From: Flavobacteriaceae bacterium
GTDB taxonomy: Bacteria > Bacteroidota > Bacteroidia > Flavobacteriales > Flavobacteriaceae
Assembly: GCA_965224465.1 (NCBI GenBank)
Contig: OZ245049.1
Coordinates: 270,001 to 302,000, forward strand
DNA length: 32,000 nt
Direction of reading: 5' to 3'
Position numbers and translations under genes: made by a program. The notes beneath the pieces were generated by a model, which made no database searches, was not told the DNA's origin, and saw only the letters and a program-made list of their open reading frames with translations. Below, one piece after another: positions 1-7,922 of the stretch (position 1 is its first letter; every line of letters starts with the position of its first letter).

Positions 1-1
1 A

Positions 2-100
2 CTCATCAATGGTCTAGAAAGTGGAACTAGTAATAAATCATTACCAGATATAATGAAAGAAGTCGAAGCACGTATGCAAGAAGATGGGCGTTTGATATAA
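2..100 (+). CDS. 3' end of an unidentified CDS entering from upstream of the window
   Basis: Frame open from position 2 to TAA at 98-100 (...KEVEARMQEDGRLI*). No start in window and no recognisable motif. Confidence 0.3.
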   Translation, partial: LINGLESGTSNKSLPDIMKEVEARMQEDGRLI

Positions 101-326
101 GCCAACGTATAGATTATAAAAGTAATCTATTAACATAATAAATTAGTATAGAAAACTGTTAATAATTATTTGATTTAGAGATGTTAAAGTAATTGGAATT
201 AATTCCTAATGATTTAACTCAGAGACAGAAAGAATATTTTAATATTGATCTTCCAATAAAAAAGATATAATCTATTTTTTAAATTAAATAGAAATGGAGT
301 AATTATAAAAACATAACACTATAATT

Positions 327-1058
327 ATGAGTGTATCTGATGATATAAAAAGAATTTTATGGCACGAAATGGGACATTTATGTGTCGATACTATAAAGAT
401 AGAAACACATAATAATCTAAAAGTTAACTTATTAAATTTAACTGTTGCTAATGACGGTTTATTTAAATGGAGTGGTTTCGTAGAAATGCTTCCGAGTTTA
501 CCTTTTAAAGATATCCCTATAAATCACTCAATATTAGCATATTCGCTAATTAGTTTACAGGCTGGTTGTGTATTTGAGACTATCTATTTTCAAATTATAA
601 AAGAAAATTCATCAATAAATTTTGGAGATTGTTTTTCTTTTAATAGAGAATGCATTGGGAATGGAGATTGGACAAATTATCATGAAATTTTATCAAAAAT
701 ACGCGAGATCCATCCTGAATTTCGTGGTAAACTTGATTTGAATGGCTATTTGGAAATTGATTTTTCTAGATTAGTAAATATTGCACTTTTCAAGTTGTCA
801 GAATTCATTACAAAAATGAATGAAATAATTGATAATGAAGTTATTAAAATAGAGAAAGACTTTACAGGAAGAGATGGGGCTCATGGAATATATAGCTATA
901 ATTATAGTGGAGATGAGTTAACTGAGTTGATTAATAGAATAATACCATTAATGAATGAATTAGGGTTTAGAGATACTCTAATGGAACTTCATGAGTCATT
1001 TATTAAAAAATTCAGTGATTACATAGACAAATATGACGTAAGGTATAATATTATGTAA
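327..1058 (+). CDS. hypothetical protein with N-terminal HExxH (zinc-metallopeptidase-like) motif
   Basis: 243-aa ORF. HEMGH at residues 13-17 (LWHEMGHLCV). No signal peptide or TM segment. Very AT-rich coding sequence. I recognise no other family signature. Confidence 0.6.
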   Translation: MSVSDDIKRILWHEMGHLCVDTIKIETHNNLKVNLLNLTVANDGLFKWSGFVEMLPSLPFKDIPINHSILAYSLISLQAGCVFETIYFQIIKENSSINFGDCFSFNRECIGNGDWTNYHEILSKIREIHPEFRGKLDLNGYLEIDFSRLVNIALFKLSEFITKMNEIIDNEVIKIEKDFTGRDGAHGIYSYNYSGDELTELINRIIPLMNELGFRDTLMELHESFIKKFSDYIDKYDVRYNIM

Positions 1059-1246
1059 AATAGAATCCCGAGGCTAAACTTAGTCTCATTTAATTTTAGA
1101 TAAAACAATAGGAGAAATAAAAATGCGCACTTCAAATAGTTAGTAATTCGATTCGTTAAGAGTTTCAATTATACAGAGTATTTTCAAAGAATTGATTGAG
1201 AATCACTTCTTTGAAATACCAATAATAAAAAAAGGAAAAAAGACGA

Positions 1247-1536
1247 GTTGAAAGACTAAAGTTAACAAGTGTATAGCACTTTTAAGCAAGGATTATGCAG
1301 TTGGGGAAATTTTATACTCTTGTGGTAATCCACGAGAATGGTGTGAATTTTTTTATAACGTACATTTTATCGAATACGCGATTTTTAATAAGAGCAAAAA
1401 GGTTAACTTTTATTTTGGCGTTGGCAAGCGGCTGGAAATTGTGGTTTAAAAATAATTGCATTAGCAATTTTGTTTTAAGCAAACAATCGAGTGTTTGGCA
1501 GCGGCTATTTTAAATACTATAGAATTATAACTATCA
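1247..1536 (+). repeat. paralogous ~290-bp noncoding element, copy 1 (candidate structured RNA or element 'head')
   Basis: Co-linear nucleotide similarity to 7407-7697 (blocks TTGAAAGAC, CAAGTGTATAG, AAATTTTATACT, TTGGCGTTGGCAAGCG, CAATCGAG, GAATTATAnCTA). The ORF called here (1295-1513) is not conserved in the paralog. Confidence 0.6.
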
Positions 1537-1556
1537 AATACTGATACAAGTTCATA

Positions 1557-2028
1557 AGCCGTAATTTAGTTCACGCTATTCTTGTTTTTTTAAGACGTTC
1601 ATGAATCTCCTAAAGCCGTAATTCTTTTAACATAATATCTGACGATATAAGTCTAAAGACGTTATATCTGATATTATGTGTAAATAGCCTGATAAACGGC
1701 TATACAGAAATTAATGAGCCGTAATTTAGCTCACGCGTTTATATTTTATTGGAATTCATGAATCTCCTAAAGCCGTAATTTCTTTTAACATAATATCTGA
1801 CGATATAAGTCTAAAGACGTTATATCTGATATTATGTGTAAATAGCCTAAAAAACGGCTATACAGAAATTAATAAGCCGTAATTTAGTTCACGCTATTTT
1901 TTTTAAAAAGGAGTTCATAAATCTCCTAAAGTCGATTTCTTTTAACATAATATCTGACGATATAAGTCTAAAGACATTATATCTGATATTATGTAAAATA
2001 GCCGTGAAAAACGGCTATACAGAAATTA
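1557..2028 (+). repeat. tandem array of three ~158-bp units (160/158/154 bp), each with a long imperfect hairpin
   Basis: Units start at AGCCGTAATTTAG (1557, 1717, 1875). They are near-identical except for a ~20-nt T-rich segment after CACGC. Each has the hairpin ACATAATATC..GATATAA..GTC/GAC..TTATATC..GATATTATGT (unit 1: 1630-1679) and a TAGCC-N8-GGCTA stem. No conserved ORF. Confidence 0.85.
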
Positions 2029-2061
2029 CTTTAAATGTACTATAATGTTCTGCGTTATGTT

Positions 2062-2090
2062 ACTTTGCTTGGGTAAAGCAAAGTTTATTT
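2062..2090 (+). terminator. intrinsic terminator downstream of the tandem array
   Basis: ACTTTGCTT (2062-2070) pairs with AAGCAAAGT (2076-2084), a 9-bp stem with a 5-nt loop, followed by TTATTTAT. The minus-strand reading lacks a T-run. Confidence 0.55.
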
Positions 2091-2218
2091 ATCATAATTT
2101 TCTTCAAAAAAATATTTACCAAAAGTTTCTTCTACAATGTTAATGGAACACTTTTTACACGACGACGTAGGAGGGAAGTGTAAAGTGTGTGAAATGGAAA
2201 CAATAGACAATATATTAT

Positions 2219-2890
2219 TTATAAAAACAGCACTTTTTTTACAACATCAAAATAACGAGCGCTAACAGGAATTTTAATATCATTAATAGTTAAATCTTTA
2301 CCAACTAAAGAAGTGACAGCCTTTTTATTAATAATATAAGAACGATGTACTCTCATAAACAATGATTGTGGCAAACTTTCTTCTAAAGACTTTAAAGTTT
2401 GATAACTCATTATTTTTTTACCTTTCATATAAAAAACCACATATTCACTATCGCTTTGTATATATAAAATATCAGTAAATTTTATCTTATGTAAATCATA
2501 ACCAGATTTAATAGTAATGAATTCATTATCGCCAACTTTGATTTTTGATTCTATTTTATTAACTGCTTGTAAAAAACGTTCAAAAGTAATGGGCTTTAAA
2601 AGATAGTCTAACGCATTCAGTTCAAAACCATCTAACGCATATTCAGAATAGGCAGTTGTAAAAATAATTTTAGTACTTGAGGGAATCATTTTAGCAAAGT
2701 CCGTACCTTTTAAATCAGGCATTTGTATGTCTAAAAGAACCACATCAACAACTTCACTATTGAGGATTTCCATTGCATTAATTGGGCTTTCAAATGAACC
2801 AACCAACTCTAAAAAACCAGTTTTATCTACATACATTTTTAGCAATGTTCTTGCTAATTCTTCATCGTCTATAATTACACATTTAAGCAT
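2219..2890 (-). CDS. LytTR/AlgR-family response regulator
   Basis: Receiver domain (IIDDE..., VVLLDIQMPDLKG) plus C-terminal LytTR-type DNA-binding region (FMRVHRSYIINKK). Overlaps the upstream kinase gene by 8 nt. Confidence 0.9.
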   Translation of the reverse strand: MLKCVIIDDEELARTLLKMYVDKTGFLELVGSFESPINAMEILNSEVVDVVLLDIQMPDLKGTDFAKMIPSSTKIIFTTAYSEYALDGFELNALDYLLKPITFERFLQAVNKIESKIKVGDNEFITIKSGYDLHKIKFTDILYIQSDSEYVVFYMKGKKIMSYQTLKSLEESLPQSLFMRVHRSYIINKKAVTSLVGKDLTINDIKIPVSARYFDVVKKVLFL

Positions 2891-3911
2891 CGTTATTAAG
2901 TTTTAATTGTAATCTCACATCAAACACCTCATTACTATCACTTATTTGCAACTGATGCTTTTCGGGATACAAAATACGCAATCTCTTTTTTACATTCTCT
3001 AATCCTATGCCACCAACAGCATCTTTTTCTTTCGGTGTTTTGGGAATGCTGTTTCTTACCGAAAAATTAATTGTGGAAGCATCTGCTTTTAAATCAATGG
3101 TTATAAAACTATCTTTTTGTTTTCCAATAGAACTGTGTTTAAAGGCATTTTCAATAAAAGGAATAAATAACATTGGAGCCAACTTAATAGCATTGTTTTC
3201 AACATTAAAATTAGTTGTAATATTAAAAGGTTTGCTGCTTTTTAAGTTAAACAATCTTATATAATTATTAATATAGTTCACTTCCTTATCTATAGCTACC
3301 AAATTTCGCACACAATCATATAAAACATAACGTAACATTTCTGATAAATAACTAATACTTTCTTGTGTTTTAGGTGAATTTATTACCGATAAACTATAAA
3401 TATTGTTGAGTGCATTAAACAGAAAATGTGGATTTATTTGCGACTTCAATAACTTTAACTCCGTTTGTAATTGTTCATTCTTATTTTGTATCGTTTCTTT
3501 CTCTTTTTCGATGGCATAATAGACACTTTCAATCACAGTTGCAAGAATAAAGGAAAACCCTAGCATTAAGGTGTGATTTATAAAACGTGAAGGTTTATGT
3601 GGTGGCGGAAGTGGCACTGCATTTTCAACAACTAAAATTGGTACTTCTGGTAACGGAAAAATAACTGTAATCAAGAAGGCACAACTTATAGTTAAAATAA
3701 TTCCTAATAGGATGAATTGTAAATGTTTCTTCTTAAACAGCAACTTTGGGGCTAAATACCATATAATTAAAATGATAAAGACGCATTGAACTATAAAAAG
3801 ACAAATAGTTTCTAGTATAAATATAGTTTTTCCTACTTGTGAATTTGCAATAAATATTGCAAAAATTAACCAAAGAACTACTTGAAATAAAATGCGTTTT
3901 TGTCTGTTCAT
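2883..3911 (-). CDS. LytS/His_kinase-type sensor histidine kinase
   Basis: Several N-terminal TM segments, the NPHFLFNALNNI H-box typical of LytS-like kinases, and a C-terminal ATPase region (GGIGLENVKKRL). The ORF track starts at 3938. The ATG at 3909-3911 (MNRQKR...) looks the more plausible start. Confidence 0.85.
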   Translation of the reverse strand: MNRQKRILFQVVLWLIFAIFIANSQVGKTIFILETICLFIVQCVFIILIIWYLAPKLLFKKKHLQFILLGIILTISCAFLITVIFPLPEVPILVVENAVPLPPPHKPSRFINHTLMLGFSFILATVIESVYYAIEKEKETIQNKNEQLQTELKLLKSQINPHFLFNALNNIYSLSVINSPKTQESISYLSEMLRYVLYDCVRNLVAIDKEVNYINNYIRLFNLKSSKPFNITTNFNVENNAIKLAPMLFIPFIENAFKHSSIGKQKDSFITIDLKADASTINFSVRNSIPKTPKEKDAVGGIGLENVKKRLRILYPEKHQLQISDSNEVFDVRLQLKLNNDA

Positions 3912-4101
3912 AGTACAAATAAAGTTAAAAAAAATCAAATGGAATCAAAAATCAGCGATTCAAACAATAGTAATATCTACCCTCAACCGAATATAAAACG
4001 GTATTCACTTAAAAGTTCTTTTCGTTTACTGAAAACCCAAAATAGGCATTAATCTATTGCTCATCTTTGAGGTCATAAACACGAAACAAAATTCTTTTAT
4101 T

Positions 4102-4380
4102 ATGAGACAAAACAGATTTAAAACAGGAATGATTGTAGTGATTTTCTTTTTCTTCGGAATTACAATTTCGCAAGCACAATCTAGCAGACAGAAACCACAA
4201 AAGCCACCAAGGTTTAGCGAACTATTAAAACAAATGGATGCTAACGAAGACAACAAACTTTCAAAAAAAGAAATAAAAGGTTCTTTAAAAAATAATTTTT
4301 CTAAAATTGACTCCAATGAAGATGGGTTTATTACTAAAAAGGAATTTCAAAAAGCCCCAAAACCTAAAAGAACAAGATAG
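4102..4380 (+). CDS. secreted EF-hand calcium-binding protein
   Basis: Signal peptide (MRQNRFKTGMIVVIFFFFGITISQAQ) and two canonical EF-hand loops, DANEDNKLSKKE and DSNEDGFITKKE. The track start at 4057 lies upstream of the signal peptide, so I prefer the internal ATG at 4102. Confidence 0.8.
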   Translation: MRQNRFKTGMIVVIFFFFGITISQAQSSRQKPQKPPRFSELLKQMDANEDNKLSKKEIKGSLKNNFSKIDSNEDGFITKKEFQKAPKPKRTR

Positions 4381-4410
4381 TTTACATAAACAATAAACAA
4401 ATACTTAATT

Positions 4411-5421
4411 ATGAAAAAATCAATTTTAAAAACAACAATAGGTACATTAGTTTTATTAATGGGTCTATTAGTTATATCGTGTTCAAGCGATGATGAAACT
4501 TCTCCAGAAGAAGTAGATACCTCAAGTCATATTTTTAAAGCCGAATTATTAAATTCCGCAAATCTGTTAAGTTCAGTAACATTGGTAGATGCTACTTTAA
4601 CAGACGGAACAACTGCTCAATGCTACAAATTAGTATTCAAAAGTAATCCAGTAGAAGATGGTCCATATTGTCCAGAAACTATTAATGATATTGGTGGAAT
4701 TGGTATTTATGATGGAGCAACAAATCCAGGACTACAAGTTTTAAAGGCAACCTTATGGAATGCTATGGAAGCCGATGGTTATGATATTGTAGATACTAAT
4801 GGTAATATTAATTATAATGACCCAGGAAGTGGAGTTATGCCATCTGGACCAAGTTGTTTAGGGGCAACTCCAAATAATAATTTAGAATTGACGTATTTGA
4901 TTCCTGCTATACCAAAAACAGGTACTTCTGTTGATCAAATTAACGTTGTAGAAAATGTAGGTGTCTCATATAATGGTATTCCTTTGACAGGAAATCCACC
5001 ATCAGTTGTAAATGGCCCTCCAGGAATGGGAGGACCTCCAGGAATGTCGGGAGGTAACATTCCATCTATTGATCCTTGTGGTGGACATATAGACCCATTT
5101 GGCTATTATCATTTGCATTTTGCTCCATCTGAAATGAATAATGTATTAGAAGCACACGATATTAGTGATGTAAGTTGTACAAATTTTACACAAAGTGAAA
5201 TAGCATTTGTTGGTTTTGCAAAGGACGGATATCCTATGTATGCTTCTAAGGACGAAAACGGAACATTACCATCAGATTTAGATGAGTGTCAAGGACATAC
5301 TGCACCTACGGCAGATTATCCTGAAGGAGTATATCATTATCATGCCTCTAATTCATCGGCTCCTAATTTCCCAACTTGTTTAAAAGGAGTATCGGCAGAA
5401 GATTCTTTAACGTATCAATAA
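4411..5421 (+). CDS. YHYH-motif domain lipoprotein
   Basis: Lipobox (LLVISC). Conserved blocks GYYHLHF, AKDGYPMY, LDECQGH and YHYHA match the uncharacterised YHYH protein family. Paralog of 6170-7072. Confidence 0.8.
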   Translation: MKKSILKTTIGTLVLLMGLLVISCSSDDETSPEEVDTSSHIFKAELLNSANLLSSVTLVDATLTDGTTAQCYKLVFKSNPVEDGPYCPETINDIGGIGIYDGATNPGLQVLKATLWNAMEADGYDIVDTNGNINYNDPGSGVMPSGPSCLGATPNNNLELTYLIPAIPKTGTSVDQINVVENVGVSYNGIPLTGNPPSVVNGPPGMGGPPGMSGGNIPSIDPCGGHIDPFGYYHLHFAPSEMNNVLEAHDISDVSCTNFTQSEIAFVGFAKDGYPMYASKDENGTLPSDLDECQGHTAPTADYPEGVYHYHASNSSAPNFPTCLKGVSAEDSLTYQ

Positions 5422-5427
5422 AAAAAG

Positions 5428-6066
5428 ATGAAAAAATTAATTTTAATAGTAGCATTGGTATTTGCAGTTTGCAATGCCAATGCTCATAATCCAGAAACAG
5501 CATCAGTTTATGTAAAGCCAATTAACGGAATTTGGGTAATGCAATTGTCGTTTTCGCAAACAGGTGTACATAATGCACTCACTAAATCTTATACAGATAT
5601 TGATTGGAATACGATATCAACTAATGAATACAAAACAAAATTTATTAGTTATTTAAAGGAGCATCTCGATTTAGATGTCGATGGTCAACATATTGCAATA
5701 ACTTCAGGAGGTATTAAACTAGGAAGTCATCAAACAGATGTAAAACTTTTGTTGCCTGATTTTCCAAATGAATTTAAAAGCGTAACAGCAAATTTTGATA
5801 TTCTTAATGAAAACTCAAATCAAAATACAGTGGTTAGTTTTCAGAATGGTGAAAAATCAGTTAGAAAAATATTGAATAATAAAAACGGCTTTTTAATTAG
5901 TTTTGATAATAGCGTTCAAGGTTTCAACTTGATTGATAATAAAACAAAAAGCAAATTTAATTATTTGTATGTGATTTTTATAGTAGGTGTTATTTGTTTA
6001 GGAGTCTATTCGCTTTTTATTTATAGAAAAAGAAAAGAGTCGACACCAAATTTGGTAATACAATAA
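5428..6066 (+). CDS. hypothetical secreted protein with C-terminal membrane anchor
   Basis: Signal peptide ending ANA|H, so the predicted mature N-terminus is His. Single C-terminal TM (YLYVIFIVGVICLGVYSLFIY) followed by RKRK. The gene starts 7 nt after the upstream stop, so it is probably operonic. Confidence 0.7.
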   Translation: MKKLILIVALVFAVCNANAHNPETASVYVKPINGIWVMQLSFSQTGVHNALTKSYTDIDWNTISTNEYKTKFISYLKEHLDLDVDGQHIAITSGGIKLGSHQTDVKLLLPDFPNEFKSVTANFDILNENSNQNTVVSFQNGEKSVRKILNNKNGFLISFDNSVQGFNLIDNKTKSKFNYLYVIFIVGVICLGVYSLFIYRKRKESTPNLVIQ

Positions 6067-6169
6067 TTAATGATGAGATAAAACGAGAAAATAATTTTCA
6101 GTAACTTTATGATTATGAATGTGTGCAATTATGAAAACATCTGAAAATGTTAACTTTTAAAACAAAAAA

Positions 6170-7072
6170 ATGAAAAATTATCTATATTTAGCAATAACCA
6201 TAGTGATAGTAGGTTGTAATTCTCATACGAGTAAGAAAAGTTCAAAAACTGAATTAAAAACAACTAATCTCGCAGAATTAAATTTCACTAAAAATTACGA
6301 AATCATTAGTAAAGAATTTAAAACTGAAACGTATGTTACAGTTAATGCTACTAATAGAATTATGAAAACCAATGGTTTGCCAAATCATAAAACTGGAATT
6401 TTCCCTAATGAAGGAAATCCTAATACTATTTCGGCTCAAAATTTAACGTATAAATTTCCTGTGAATCCTAAATTTAGTAAAGAATCTAAATGGGCAAGAG
6501 AACCAGGTGTTGCGCTAAATGGTATTAAATTTGAACCAGAAACTGCTGAAAGATTTGTTTGTGAAACAGGAGAAGTATACAAAATTGAAGCTTTTCAAGA
6601 ATTAGTAGATATTGGACTTGATTTTAATCGTGCACACGTTCAACCAACAGGAGCTTATCATTATCACGGAGTTCCTACTGAATTAATAAAAGTACTAGAT
6701 AAAGGAAAAGATATTATTTTGATTGGATATGCAAAAGATGGCTTTCCAATTTATCATTCTAAAAGCGGAAAATATAAACCAAGCTATCAATTGGTTAAAG
6801 ATTTAAGAACTGGAGATATATGTTCTTACAAAAACCCTAAATTAACCCTAAATGAAAGTTTAAAAGACACCAAACCAGATGGAACTTTTGTTTCAGATTG
6901 GGAATACGTAAACGGATTAGGCGATTTGGATGAATGCAATGGAATAGAATTGAACGGAGAATACTCTTATTTTGTCACGAATGAATATCCATATATGAGT
7001 AGGTGTTTAAAAGGTGAATTTATTGAAGAAGCTCCAAAAGGACCACCTCCAGGTCAACATCCTCATAAATAA
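6170..7072 (+). CDS. YHYH-motif domain lipoprotein (paralog)
   Basis: Lipobox (IVIVGC). Blocks GAYHYHG, AKDGFPIY and LDECNG shared with 4411-5421. Pro/Gly/His-rich C-terminus (PKGPPPGQHPHK). Confidence 0.8.
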   Translation: MKNYLYLAITIVIVGCNSHTSKKSSKTELKTTNLAELNFTKNYEIISKEFKTETYVTVNATNRIMKTNGLPNHKTGIFPNEGNPNTISAQNLTYKFPVNPKFSKESKWAREPGVALNGIKFEPETAERFVCETGEVYKIEAFQELVDIGLDFNRAHVQPTGAYHYHGVPTELIKVLDKGKDIILIGYAKDGFPIYHSKSGKYKPSYQLVKDLRTGDICSYKNPKLTLNESLKDTKPDGTFVSDWEYVNGLGDLDECNGIELNGEYSYFVTNEYPYMSRCLKGEFIEEAPKGPPPGQHPHK

Positions 7073-7406
7073 GATATAAATTAAAAATTCTTAGGTAGTT
7101 TTTTAAAACGACCTCATAAAACTTTGGTTAAACAATAGGAGAGTGGAGCGTCTATATTTTAGGGATTTAGTAACTAATATTTTTGGTTTTTCTAAATATG
7201 AAAGCAAGTTATTTATAGTATTGGTTTGTTACAATGTTTCCTGAAATATAGCGTAACGAACCGTAATTGTTTCCAAAGTTTTTGTGCAGTCTTGATTTTT
7301 TTATTTCTTTTTTTATTAAGAAAAAAAGATAAGAATGAAAAGATTGAGAGTTCAAAAGTTGAATTTCTATTTTACATAATATTAATAGTTACAATTTAAA
7401 AAAGTT

Positions 7407-7697
7407 CAATTGAAAGACGAAACGAGCAAGTGTATAGAAATTTTAAAGCGTAGATAATGCGGTTGAAAATTTTATACTGTTGCGTAAAGTTTACTAAATG
7501 TTAATGAGATTTTTTTACAACGAGAAGATCAATGCAATTCCTGAATTTAATTAGAAGCTAAAAGGTTTTGCTTTTTTTGGCGTTGGCAAGCGATGGATAA
7601 TTGTGTTTAAAAAAATTACTGCGACAGCATAATTATTTTTAAAAAGCAATCGAGCGTTTGCGAGCGGCAATTTTACATAATGACGAATTATAGCTAC
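7407..7697 (+). repeat. paralogous ~290-bp noncoding element, copy 2
   Basis: Same ordered sequence blocks and nearly the same length as 1247-1536. No ORF of 60 aa or more is called here. Confidence 0.6.
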
Positions 7698-7849
7698 AAA
7701 TGTATAAACGGAAAGTTTCTGAGAATCGCGTATTTAAAAATACTTAAAACCATTGTACAGAATATTAGATTTAAACGTACTATTAAAACACTAATATTTG
7801 ATGACCCAAGTAATACGGTTTATTATGTGTACAGAACATTCTGGGATAT

Positions 7850-7922
7850 TTAACATAATATAGAATTATAGCTATCTAATTTTAATGAAATGGATTTGTA
7901 CTATAATTTACATTATGTTAAA
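7850..7922 (+). repeat. long hairpin homologous to the hairpin of the 1557-2028 tandem units
   Basis: TTAACATAAT (7850-7859) pairs with ATTATGTTAA (7913-7922). AATTATAG (7864-7871) pairs with CTATAATT (7901-7908). The flanks TTAACATAATAT...ATTATGT(G)TAAATAG match the tandem-unit hairpin, but the interior differs. Confidence 0.5.

Noticed and set aside
1417-1512. TGGCA-containing motifs as sigma-54 (-24/-12) promoters
   Set aside because: No TTGC at the correct spacing after either TGGCA: the downstream elements read TGGAA and TATTT.
1295-1513. 72-aa ORF inside the 290-bp paralogous element
   Set aside because: The paralog at 7407-7697 keeps the nucleotide blocks but not the reading frame (it stops after 15 codons). 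The peptide is low-complexity and hydrophobic, and no RBS-like context is present.
1557-2028. Possible CRISPR array or type III toxI-like antitoxin repeats
   Set aside because: The units are about 158 bp with only a ~20-nt variable T-rich part. There are no 25-40-nt repeat/spacer periodicity, no cas genes and no downstream toxin gene on the same strand.
2149-2189. Hairpin CACTTTTTACAC...GTGTAAAGTG as the terminator of the LytTR gene
   Set aside because: It has a bulged stem, a 17-nt loop and no T-run on the minus strand, so it is not convincing.
3007-4316. ORFs 3007-3264(+), 3733-3918(-) and 4026-4316(-)
   Set aside because: They lie antisense to, or out of frame within, the histidine-kinase and EF-hand genes, and their composition is low-complexity.
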